Positions 1 to 10,299 are shown, counted from the first letter of the whole stretch. The stretch is 61,441 nt of DNA, filler included, from Dugesia japonica (GCA_001938525.1; 5 parts of 5 records of this genome joined end to end with filler, not necessarily neighbours in it); one strand, 5' to 3'. Numbers and translations are program-made. Notes: generated from the sequence alone by a model not told the origin.

Positions 1-99
1 GGTGCACGCCATAAGCCTTTCTATTCGGGTTCACTATTTTCCCTTAACTATCAGTGAAAACTTAAATCCGTGATATTTGAAACATTTATTGCAATACAT

Positions 100-482
100 T
101 TACAATTCATCGAGCACGCTAGGGTCTAACCATTGGTCCGGATTGGTGGTCAAAAAGTTGAACGCTCCGATGTCGTTGTCGTCGTTCCATTGTATCCCAG
201 CTGGGTTACCCATCTGGTGAGATAGGTCGGCGATGTACTGCTTCAAGAACTCTACTTTTCTCAGAGGCAATTTCTTGATTTCTGCTTCCAGGATTTTTGT
301 TTGGAGTGCCAAGTCGTTTTGTTTTCGAACTACCAGATCTAACTTTTTTATGAGTTTGTCTCGCTGGGCAAGATGCCTGAGGAGAACCTGCTTGGTTTTA
401 CGTTTTAAGTGGTGTTCTAGCAATAGATGGCGCATGATACGGTAACATCTACGCAAACTAGTCGGGAACATGATTTGAGGCT
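100..482 (-). CDS. Copy A cassette exon 4 (basic, coiled-coil-like, unknown function)
   Basis: Acceptor tttcttttag|AG CCT CAA ATC ATG; open frame to TAA at 100; AATAAA at 85-90; clearly homologous to 9455-9837 and 56472-56860. Confidence 0.75.
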
Positions 483-603
483 CTAAAAGAAAATTATAGT
501 TAAGTCGGTGGGCAGCAAATTCACAATTCGGAGAAACAACACAAAAGAAAAATTATGTAAATAAATAATTTATTAAAGTCAGTCAACAATGCAACGTGAT
601 AAC

Positions 604-963
604 TCAGGAGCGGTTAGTCTGAATACATTTTTCGATCAAAAGAGGGGTCAAAGGGGTAGCGGCCCTCAGCTTCATTATATTTTTCAATAGTTGGTTCTCA
701 CGCTCCTGGTAAGATTTGATGATTTCAGTAAAAGTTTCGACCTGTAATTTCCAAATCCGCTCTTGGTTCTGGGTAGCGTCGATCTCAGATTTAAAAGACA
801 GACATTTTCTGCTTGTAACGTTTAACCTTAGCTTCCGCTGCCGCAGTCTCCGCTTCCCACCACCTTTTGGCGAGTCGATACAAATCCCACGTGAGTTCTA
901 TGTCCTCAATGGTTTCACGTAGCTTTTTGTTCGGGGCCTGAGACCTATTCAGTGAGGAATGCA
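604..963 (-). pseudogene. Copy A cassette exon 3 (one frameshift)
   Basis: Acceptor tattttag|TG CAT TCC; translates HSSLNRSQAPNKKLRETIEDIELTWDLYRLAK...QTNRS*; AATAAA at 569-574. Confidence 0.8.
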
Positions 964-1299
964 CTAAAATACAAACACAGTAATGTAGGGTAGAATTTTA
1001 GCAGATTTATAATTTACAAATGAGGACAATCTGGTCTACCACATACAAAATAGCAAGGGGTGGAGTTTCTAACTTTNNNNNNNNNNNNNNNNNNNNNNNN
1101 NNNNNNNNNNNNNNNNNNNNNNNNNNATCCCAGGTGATCTCGTTACACTGAGTTACCACTCTTACTAATCCTGAGAACTACCAAACCCACTATTATCATC
1201 AAGATAGCAGAAGTTTATCTTATCGAATGTATAAAGGTATCGTATAAAACAACAATAAAGAAGACACCTATTTATTCATAGTTCAAAAGGAAACATGAG

Positions 1300-1655
1300 T
1301 TATTCGTTTTCATTATTCGTGTCGACACTGGGTGCCGTGTTTTCCGCATCAGTTACCCCAGTAGGCTCCCTAACTCCCCAGAGGAGATTGGATATAAAAG
1401 CCTGCACGGCTGGAGCTGGAGTGGGGCGGAAATCTGATATTGGAAAGCTGTTACAAGGGTTCGGTCAGGGCCCGTCCAGGTTTGGTACCGCTGACGTTCT
1501 CCAAAATCGCTGATACGGGTGACAATAGATTCAATTGGAGGCAAGTTGGACCTGTCGATCAAGATGCCCGCGTTTTAATTGTGGGGGTTGTGATGACGTC
1601 GAAATATTATTCTACGGGTTCGTCGATCGATTACTCGTTCCCAGATGGATTCCAT
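1300..1655 (-). pseudogene. Copy A cassette exon 2 (stop plus frameshift)
   Basis: Acceptor ttcttag|CT ATG; MESIWERVIDRRTRRIIFRRHHNPHN*...ENTAP; AATAAA at 1271-1276. Confidence 0.8.
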
Positions 1656-1791
1656 AGCTAAGAAAAATAGAANAAGTGCTAAAATTCAAATAGAATAATT
1701 TTAAAATGAAAAACAATTTAAATTAACAATTGAGAAACAAAGCAAGCTTTTATACAATTTATTTTATCGTATGGGAATTGACCAGCTAAGG

Positions 1792-1974
1792 TTACTCTTT
1801 ATCTAAATCTACTCCATCGTTCGAAGGGAACATTTCGACTAGACAACAAAGATCTGTCTCATCCGGGTGTTCTATTTTTCCTCGGGTCAATAGATGAGCT
1901 ATTAATTGTTTCGTCCGAATAATTTGCCGTTGCTTTCTAATCCACCGTAGGGTTTGATATAATTCTGCGGGCAT
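1792..1974 (-). CDS. Copy A cassette exon 1
   Basis: Acceptor ttctttag|C ATG; MPAELYQTLRWI...HPDETDLCCLVEMFP...VDLD; AATAAA at 1758-1763. Confidence 0.7.
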   Translation of the reverse strand: MPAELYQTLRWIRKQRQIIRTKQLIAHLLTRGKIEHPDETDLCCLVEMFPSNDGVDLDKE

Positions 1975-3361
1975 GCTAAAGAATGAAGTCATTAATCACC
2001 ACTTTCGACTTATGACTTAGTTCCCTAAAAATGAAAAGTAACCACTGACCCTTAATATGACCATGTGTTGTACGTCATTAAAAGATAATACTTAAGGGAA
2101 TGATATTAGTTTGGATTAGAATGATTTGGGCAAGGAAATGACAGTTTGCCAAACATTATCGACAAACTAACCATAATAAGTAGCACCGCAACAGCGAGCA
2201 ACAGAACCCGAATCATATGGGAGTTAATAATATAACGGAGGAAAAATATTCTCCATGGTGCTCAAAAACTAGAGAATAATAATTCCGACATCAGGAACGG
2301 CACCCAGGCGGTAAATAGTAATCATAATCTTAAACTCTATTCAATTGTAATAAGAGGGAGATGTTACTCTGGTTAAATCACCAATACCAACACTGATGGT
2401 ATAATTATATGATGATTGTCGCAAAATTAGTCCTGCAATAAGGCCATTACTAATAGTAATAAAATGATGATTCTAGTATTAAGAAAATCATGAATTATGA
2501 TAATTATAATAATTATAAAAATCTTTCTTTTTTAAACCTCCGCGCTTCACCGTTGCATGGTGATTTTCTCCCCTTGACAACCAATTAGATCGATCTGCAA
2601 CATGTCGGTGTGTAAAGAATTAATCTCGTGTAGGTGTGCGAGAACGGAGTTGAACAACAACACCCAGCCATCATTATGAGCACACAGTCTAACGGTATGA
2701 CTTTCGGGTTGGTGCACATGCAAAGCCTACTGTCAGTTACAATTTTAGGTGATGATTCACTGTCTTTAAGCAAAAATTATGAAATGCGATAGTTATTTCT
2801 ATTCTGTGACAAAAATTCGTGGCCCTTCCATATCAGTAGAATCCAGCCGATCAGAGTCAGGGATCATCACATTAGTGGATGCTTATCATCAAAATCTGTG
2901 GATTTATTATCATTTCGAAATAACTGAATTAATGTATTATTTTGTTAAATAAATTGTTGGAATTTTATCCTTCTACAATCACAATCTTGGCCAAATAAAA
3001 AAAAANNTTGTTATAAAATGATGCACATAGAAAGGAAAACTAGGATGTATTCGACTTTTGGTTTATATTTTTACAACGCAGGTAAGTATAAATTTGTTCA
3101 GATCTCAATTAACCGGATCTTATGATATTTATTTATTAATATTTTCTTTAATTTAATGACCGTTAAAAGGAATTTACCGTAAAATGTCATTTAAGAGTCT
3201 ACTATCATTCAAAGTCAACAGTAGTCTATTTACTACAGATTAATACGTTTAATTGACTAAATAATGAATTGAAATTTTAATATACATATTTTATTAGAAA
3301 TAAATAACATCAAAAATTTTTTGACCATGCAATTCTTTACATAATAAAATAAATATTTTAC

Positions 3362-3910
3362 TTAATATCAATTGGCGAATTTCTGCAATGGGTTTGATTC
3401 AAGATTAAAGTGTTTCTTTCCGCTTTCGAGTGACGAATTTTCAAATAGATTTGAAGTGAATTCTTTGGATTGATTTCCTTGTACGTTGGAGTGCAAATTT
3501 CTTCGTTCGAAGTCAACTAGTATAATGTTATTCTTTTTCTTGATAATTTTCCGATTTCAAATATGTGGTTTGGAATNNNNNNNNNNNNNNNNNNNNNNNN
3601 NNNNNNNNNNNNNNNNNNNNNNNNNNTGTTATTCTTTTTCTTGATAATTTTCCGATTTCAAATATGTGGTTTGGAATTCACAATTTGTTATCAAATTTTT
3701 ATGTAGTACGTTTTATTGTTTTTTAGTCAGTTGTCTTGCTAAATTCAGGGGTCCTTTTATAGAATTTTCTGCACANCCCAACTTCCTCCAGATTCGTTAG
3801 TTATTTTTAGATCAACATTTTCTGATTTTATTGGTTCCAGTACCAGTTTTCTAAAAATTTTTGGAATTTTGGAGTTGCTATTGGCGTCTATTTTTGGACT
3901 GACACATGAT
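3362..3910 (-). promoter_or_regulatory. Copy A promoter and AUG-free leader exon
   Basis: TATAAAAG at 3754-3761, CTAAAAATAA at 3801-3810, CCAAT and CATGTG upstream; donor TTAA|GTAAAA at 3362/3361. Confidence 0.7.
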
Positions 3911-5306
3911 AATAGTGTCTATGTTTTATTTTTATTTTTAGATTTCTTATTGGTCCGATCTTGAGGACCCTGCAGTGACCCTCTGGAAGGTGGTAAGTGT
4001 TTCTTCTTATTAATCTCAACTGCATCTTGATATTTTCTTTCTGTATTTTCTTACCCCGATTCTTTCTGATTTCCTTGANNNNNNNNNNNNNNNNNNNNNN
4101 NNNNNNNNNNNNNNNNNNNNNNNTTTTTTATTTAAAATTAATTAATATTTTTCTTCTGTTAATTAATTATTTTCATACCGATTTTCTTGGTTTTCATTAT
4201 TATTTAATAATTCTTCTTAATTCCCAATATTGATATATGCTAGTTTTATTTACCTGGTTCTCTGTATTCCTCTTGGATTTTATTTCATTCTATTTTGCTG
4301 TTGATTTCATGCATTGCCTTTTATGTTTCAATATTGATAATGGCCTTGCCGTTCTTTTCCGTTGGTTCGGCTTTTCTGCCTTTTTCCTTTTTAACGGGTG
4401 TTCCACCCCAACAATTTTAAAGATTGACGATTTTTAACCACGTTATTTTTCCTTAGCATTAAATTCTCTATCTAATAGTTACTTTGATGTTTAAATTTGA
4501 TTTAAGTTTTTTATTTTCATTAATANNNNNNNNNNNNNNNNNNNNNNNNNNNNNNNNNNNNNNNNNNNNNNNNNNNNNNNNNNNNNNNNNNNNNNNNNNN
4601 NNNNNNNNNNNNNNNNNNNNNNNNNNNNNNNNNNNNNNNNNNNNNNNNNNNNNNNNNNNNNNNNNNNNNNNNNNNNNNNNNNNNNNNNNNNNNNNNNNNN
4701 NNNNNNTTTCCAATAATTGTTTAGAAATTATTTTAATGAATCAATGCTAAATAAAAATTTTCTATTAAAAATTAAACATTAATTAAAAAATACATACGAA
4801 ATTTAATTTGATTTAAAAATATTTCGTAATTTCATCAATAATTAATAAACATTTTCTATTATAATTTTAATTTAACCATAAAAAATTATAAATTTAATCA
4901 TAAAAATATATAATTGAAATCTAACTTACTTTCAAAACACAATTAAACATTTACTTACAAAAGTATAGTTTTAATCAAATTACACATTTAAATTAATCAA
5001 TTCATCATACTTAATTTATTCAATCAATTATATTAGATATTTTCAATAAATAATTACAAATTTGTTTTCAAAAATTATTAATACTTAATAAAAAATTCCC
5101 ATTTTAAATTAAATTTTAATTAAATTTTTACGATAAAAATAAAACACAAATTAAAATATACATGATCTAATTTAATTTTCAAAATTACAAATAGAAAATA
5201 TAGAACAGGATTTAATTAAATACTAATTAAATAGTAAATTTACCATTAGTGATTAGTAAAGACCTGCAACGTTTAGGAAAAACATTGATAACTAAAAATC
5301 AAAGTA

Positions 5307-5378
5307 AGCAGAGCACTGATAACAGAAATCTACTCGGCAAAGCACTGATAACAGAAATATACTCGGCAGAGCACTAGT
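5307..5378. repeat. ~29-bp tandem repeat, about 2.5 units
   Basis: GCAGAGCACTGATAACAGAAATCTACTCG repeated with few substitutions. Confidence 0.8.
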
Positions 5379-6011
5379 ACACAGAGCTTTGATAACTGAG
5401 GTCAGGTAAAGAGTAAAATTTCATTTAAATTCATCTAAGAAACTAACCAAAATTGACTAACCGAATAAATTATCATATTTTTATGTTCCTCGGGAACTCC
5501 TTAATTAAGTACTTGTTTTTCAATATAACTTTTATCTATAAGATTTGATGGTTTTAGGTTAATTTATTTGCAATCAGTGTAGAATTCTCTATCAAATAGA
5601 CAGGTTTTTAATTAAATTTGAGATACTTTNNNNNTTTTTAATTAATTATTGAGAAATAAAAACATTTAACTTTGTTCAAAGTAATTTGATTTGACAAATT
5701 TCTACCGTGTATATTTTTGATCAGTAAAAAATATTTAATAGTACTTGGATCATTAAATTTGGATGAAAATTATAAAAAATAAATTTTTACTTGTGTCGAT
5801 TAAGCGTAATTCGGATTTTTGACTACGTTTTTACGAATTTTCTTTGTAAAAAATAAGTTTGATGATTTTAGGAGATGTTGTTCGTGATCAGTAAAAAATT
5901 TGGGTAATCAAAAAACCAAAGCTCTAACATCATTCGGAGAACTTCGGCAGAGATTCGAAGCTTGAGCCAAAGACGAACCTGAAATTATAATTAAAACAAA
6001 GACACAATCGT

Positions 6012-6535
6012 CATGTGTCACTCTAAAAATAACAACCAATTACGGCACCAAAACTCGAAGAAAAGTTTAGAGAATTGGCACCGGAACCAAAATCGAAAAG
6101 CCACTCTAAAAATAACTGACAAATCTGAAAGAAGTTGGGGTGTGAAAGAAATCCTATAAAAGAACCCCTGATTTTAGCAAAAAAATATATACAAAACCAA
6201 CTACAAATTTTGCATATTCACATACGAAAAAACTCTGTGAAAACTTATTTGTGGACTTTACAAATCAACGGATTGTCAAGGAAATTAACTGTTACAATAC
6301 TAATATTCGGAAGAAACTTATTAATTGGTTAACGCGCATCAATCGTATCGAAACCTATCTGTGAATTAGAGTAAATTAAATTTCTATTTGCGTTGCGGAT
6401 AATTTTCTTTCTTTTAAGAAAAAGGAAAATAAAGGAATACCTGATCCAGGAATCAAATCCGGAAATTGCCAACTCAATACTAATTATTTACAAAAGAAAA
6501 CCCGTTGCAGAGATCCTTTAGTTTAACAGCACGAA
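6012..6535 (+). promoter_or_regulatory. Copy B promoter and AUG-free leader exon
   Basis: CATGTG 6012, CTAAAAATAA 6023 and 6106, CCAAT 6036, TATAAAAG 6155-6162; no ATG in 6181-6535; donor CGAA|GTAAAA at 6535/6536. Confidence 0.75.
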
Positions 6536-7429
6536 GTAAAATATTATTTTGATTATGTTAAAATGATATTATATGAAAAGTGGAAATATTATTTATTGTA
6601 ATAAATTCATATATGCAAAGAATCTTAGGTTATTAATTTTTCCCCGTAAATATATTAATTACGGTTGATAAGTGATTGACAAAGTTTGAATGAAAAATAA
6701 ATCTTTAAATAAAAATGTTTTAGACCTATTCGTTATTAAATGCAAAAAAAGGAAAAAATGGAAATAATTCCTCATCCCTCATTAAATTGAATAAGTTATT
6801 AACCAATAAAAATAACATAACTAAGCTATACTCTATTTGAATAAAATTACAAATATCAGTGCCTAAAATGAAAGTTGAATCAGTTTATTTTTTGTTGTGC
6901 CAATAAATTTAGGGAACAGCCAGACCAAAATGTTCATCTGCATTGCTATGATTTAAAGAAGGAACAACACTGTAATTACCACCGTTTATTTAGCAAAAAT
7001 AATAACTTACCTCCATTAGTTTAAAACGTAAATAATCCTAGAAATGTCCGTAATGAAAAAATCAATGAATATGCCTAACATTTTTTTGTATCAGCTAAAT
7101 TCAACCGGCAGCGAATTTGATACTCTAACCCAGTGATTAACTATCTAGTTCCGTAAATTTTCCAAAAACACCGAGCTATATCATTTAAATCGCGAGCTGC
7201 AGTTAGCAGGTTGATCTAAATTCATATTATTAGGTGGTGTGTATAGTCGCTGAAAATTAAAAAACATAGCATGGATTTAATGCTTGATGCTCAGTTTGGT
7301 TTCTAGCCAAACACACCTACAACAGGATGATATGCCCACACACCAGCCTAATAAAATTCGTCATAGTATATTCCTAAGCAACACAATGCGCATGAAATCA
7401 AATTACATAAATTCAGAAAGAAATTAATT

Positions 7430-7960
7430 TTTATTATAATTAATATGATTGTTATTTTTATTAATTTTATTACTATCAATACTAAGACTATTAATATTAC
7501 CGATATTATCCTTATGGTTGGGAGTACTAATTTTATGGTTATGGTTGACGAAATTAACAGTATTAATACTACTTTAATTGCCGGTAAACTTAGAATTAAT
7601 TCAACTATTATTTTTACTATCTTTAACAGTACTATCATTAGTATGAACATCGCTCTGATTACTGTTAAAATCATTATCAATATGGTTGTTATGAACATTA
7701 CTATTGGCCATATGGGTAGTTTCATCGTTGAAATTATGATCAGTAATATTATTACCATTATCATTAACATGCTCAAGGTGATGTTTATTCCGGGTAGGAT
7801 CAAAAATACTACGTTTAGCCCTACTATCTTTATGATGAGCGTTATAAATGTTATTAAGATTCTAATATTGACCAATGGGTCTNAATTAAAATTATTCAGT
7901 AAACTAGTATCGTGGTAGTGGAACGAGTCCTCCTATTAATAATAGTCGGCAATAGTAATG
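7430..7960. repeat. Degenerate ATT/AAT-periodic low-complexity block inside the element
   Basis: 3-nt periodicity gives Ile-rich ORFs on both strands; similar blocks at about 2040-2520, 58390-58860 and 60654-60850. Confidence 0.7.
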
Positions 7961-8026
7961 AAATTTTTTTTTGTAGGAGTTTGAACCACGAGTTATGATT
8001 TAACATTTGTTCTCTTTATTTAGTTC

Positions 8027-8221
8027 ATGACACCCGAATTGCGTCGTACTCTCCAATGGATAAAACGACGATGTCAAACTGCTCGATTAAGACAGTTTAT
8101 CGCCCATCTATTAACTAAGCGAAGAATTGAACACCGGGATGAGACAGATCTTTGCTGTTTCGCGGAGATGTTCCCCTCAGTGACTCCAGTAGATTTAGAT
8201 GCGGAGAGTACGCCTTTCTAA
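8027..8221 (+). CDS. Copy B cassette exon 1 (64 aa)
   Basis: Acceptor tatttag|TTC ATG; AATAAA 8260-8265; homologous to 1792-1974 and 60898-61092. Confidence 0.75.
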   Translation: MTPELRRTLQWIKRRCQTARLRQFIAHLLTKRRIEHRDETDLCCFAEMFPSVTPVDLDAESTPF

Positions 8222-8370
8222 GCAGGAGTGTAATCTGCGAATTACTGTTAATTGTCTAAAATAAACTGATGATTTGATTAAATCTATTTGTTGTTTATTT
8301 CTGTTACCTTTAATTAATTTAAAATGAAATTATATATTATAATTTAAACAAAATTTCGGTTATTTATAGA

Positions 8371-8724
8371 ATGGAATCTATATGGGAAATGGTAGTGGAT
8401 AGAAGAACTCGTCGAATAATCTTCCGAGGACATCACAACCCCCACAATCGGGACGCGGGAATTTTGGCCGACAGATCTAATTTGCCTCCTGTAGAGTCCA
8501 TCGTCGAGCCCATAAGAGACTTTGATGAGCGTCAGCGGTACCAAGCCTGGACAGGCCCTCATCGCACCCTTGCGACATCCTTTCATTATCAGCCTTCCAC
8601 TCTAATTCCAGCTCCCGCTGTACAGGCCTTTATCACTAACCTACTCTAGGGAATAAGAGAACCCTCGGGTAGCGAAGACTCGGAAAATACCGCACCCGTG
8701 CCGGATTTACCAACTCCTCCTTAG
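8371..8724 (+). pseudogene. Copy B cassette exon 2 (Arg-rich N-terminus; TGG>TAG at 8647)
   Basis: Acceptor tttatag|A ATG; homology to A and D continues past the internal TAG (GIREPSGSEDSENTAP); AATAAA 8746-8751. Confidence 0.8.
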
Positions 8725-8969
8725 TGATTTATATGTGTGACGTATAATAAAATAATCTGGTTGTCCTGGTCTAAAATATATGTTCGATGTTTTGTATAAT
8801 TCTTAAGAGATTTTTCGTTTGTTTCTCATTTTCAGATTGTTTTCTAGGTTTTCAAGTCGATTTGGGTGATCTAGAACTTGGTAATCAGATTTGTAACTAC
8901 TGTGTCTGTGAAGAAACATAAAGTTATGAGAGCTATTTTCGATAATATGTATATGTTTTTTCTTTCTAG

Positions 8970-9328
8970 TGCATTCCTCGTTCAACCGTCCTTCAGCCCC
9001 TACTAAGAAAATCCGAGATACCAGTGAGGACCTCGAATTCACTTGGAATTTATATCGGTTAGCCAAACGCCGATGGGAAACTGAAGTAGCCGCGGCCAAC
9101 AGTAAGCTCCTACGCTATAAGAAAAAATGCGTCCTCTTTAAAAAAAAAGCAGAAGCCTCCCATTCCCAGGATCGCATTTGGAAAAGACAAGTAGGGTCTT
9201 TCTCGGAGATGATCCGGTCCAGCCATGACCGAGAAAATAAACTGGTTAGCGATATTTTACTTCTCCAGGAGAAAATCCCTCTCGAGCCGTTGATGATAGA
9301 GAGGGGCACTCAGACCCCTCGAAGCTAG
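8970..9328 (+). CDS. Copy B cassette exon 3 (coiled-coil-like, frame intact)
   Basis: Acceptor tttctag|TG CAT TCC; the ORF-track GTG start borrows the G of the AG; AATAAA 9355-9360. Confidence 0.8.
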
Positions 9329-9454
9329 TCATATAGCAATATTGTTTCTTTGTTAATAAACTTATTGTTAAACTTTTGGCTTCCGTTATTGTCTTAATGT
9401 TCTCTTGAGTTTTGTGGTCGAACGCTTGTATATTTAACTTATTTTATTTTTCAG

Positions 9455-9837
9455 TGCCTCACATCCACTTTCCCAATAACCTCCGTAGGTGTCACCGCGT
9501 CATGCACCGCCTGTTGGTTGAACGACACTTAAAACAAAACACCGATAAATCATTGATTAAATACCTGAATCAAAAAGATCGATTAATTAAAAAGTTGGAC
9601 CAAATCGTGAGAAAACAAAATGACCTTGTGGTGCCAATAAAAGCTTTATAAGAAGAAAATAAACTATTGTTACAGCGGAAAATCGATTTCCTCAAGCAGT
9701 ATATATCTGACTTGTCCCGACAGCTAGGAGACACTACCTGGGCCCAATGGGACGATAATGACGATGTCGCTGCTTTTAGTGTCTTGGGAACGGATCCGGC
9801 TCGGTGGTTAGACCCCGGAGCTTTGGATCTAATGTAA
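9455..9837 (+). pseudogene. Copy B cassette exon 4 (internal TAA at 9649)
   Basis: Acceptor tttttcag|TG CCT CAC; homology continues to WLDPGALDLM*; AATAAA 9847-9852. Confidence 0.8.
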
Positions 9838-9909
9838 ATGTAATGAAATAAAAAATGTATAGTCCACGTTGTAGTTCCTCAAATATGTTTGTAATAACAG
9901 GGAAAGTAA

Positions 9910-10082
9910 TGAACCCGAATACAAAGGTTTGTGGGTGCGCACCTCCCATTAAGCAAGGGGTCAACCACCACAAACTGAAAATCTGCCTTGGGGCGGTAGA
10001 TCAAATTCTTAAAAGGGTTCCCCTGAGGGCTGTTTTTCCCTAGCCACCTTTTTCTTCGTTCAATTCAGGTGGGACCCCAACA
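9910..10082 (+). other. Conserved structured terminal block of the element (U5-like)
   Basis: Conserved in B, D, E and partly A; several helices with compensatory changes. Confidence 0.65.
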
Positions 10083-10299
10083 GATGTAAAAAACTCGACA
10101 AAAAATTTTTCAAAAATTTTTGAAATTTCAGATGTTTTCCCGGATTCGCATAAAAATTTGATTTGAAAATTTTAAAAATCTGAAAATTTAAACAAGAATG
10201 ATCTAATTTCACCAATTTACCACAAAAGTTTAAAATAATTTAAAAAACTTGAAAATTTAAACACATTCTACTTTTTCCATGAATTTCCGTAAAAATTCA

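Larger units (their letters stand above)
1..4413 (-). mobile_element. Giant LTR-like element, copy A (3' end lies outside the window)
   Basis: Ends in CCCCAACA at 4413 (TGTTGGGG on minus). Terminal sequence resembles copy D end. Same order of promoter, leader, four ORF exons and terminal block as copies B and D. Confidence 0.85.
5950..10082 (+). mobile_element. Giant LTR-like element, copy B (5' terminus not found)
   Basis: Ends GGGACCCCAACA at 10082; recognisable homology to A and D starts near 5960; full exon cassette present. Confidence 0.85.

Noticed and set aside
233-445. Antisense ORFs over cassette exons (also 716-922, 1295-1661, 8344-8586, 8803-9309, 56605-56787, 57720-57980)
   Set aside because: Shadows of the conserved opposite-strand frames; limits differ between copies and splice/poly(A) signals are on the other strand.
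7003-7016. Antisense GTAAGT donor (also A at 3082) suggesting an HBZ-like antisense gene
   Set aside because: The position in D that aligns with A lacks the donor, and no antisense frame is conserved.
8960-8980. Spliced-leader trans-splicing (flatworm SL ends in AUG) as the start-codon source
   Set aside because: AUG joined at this acceptor gives a short non-conserved frame; the conserved frame needs a single upstream A.
1-10082. Copies A and B as inverted arms of one large element
   Set aside because: They are too divergent, and A has its own terminus at 4413.
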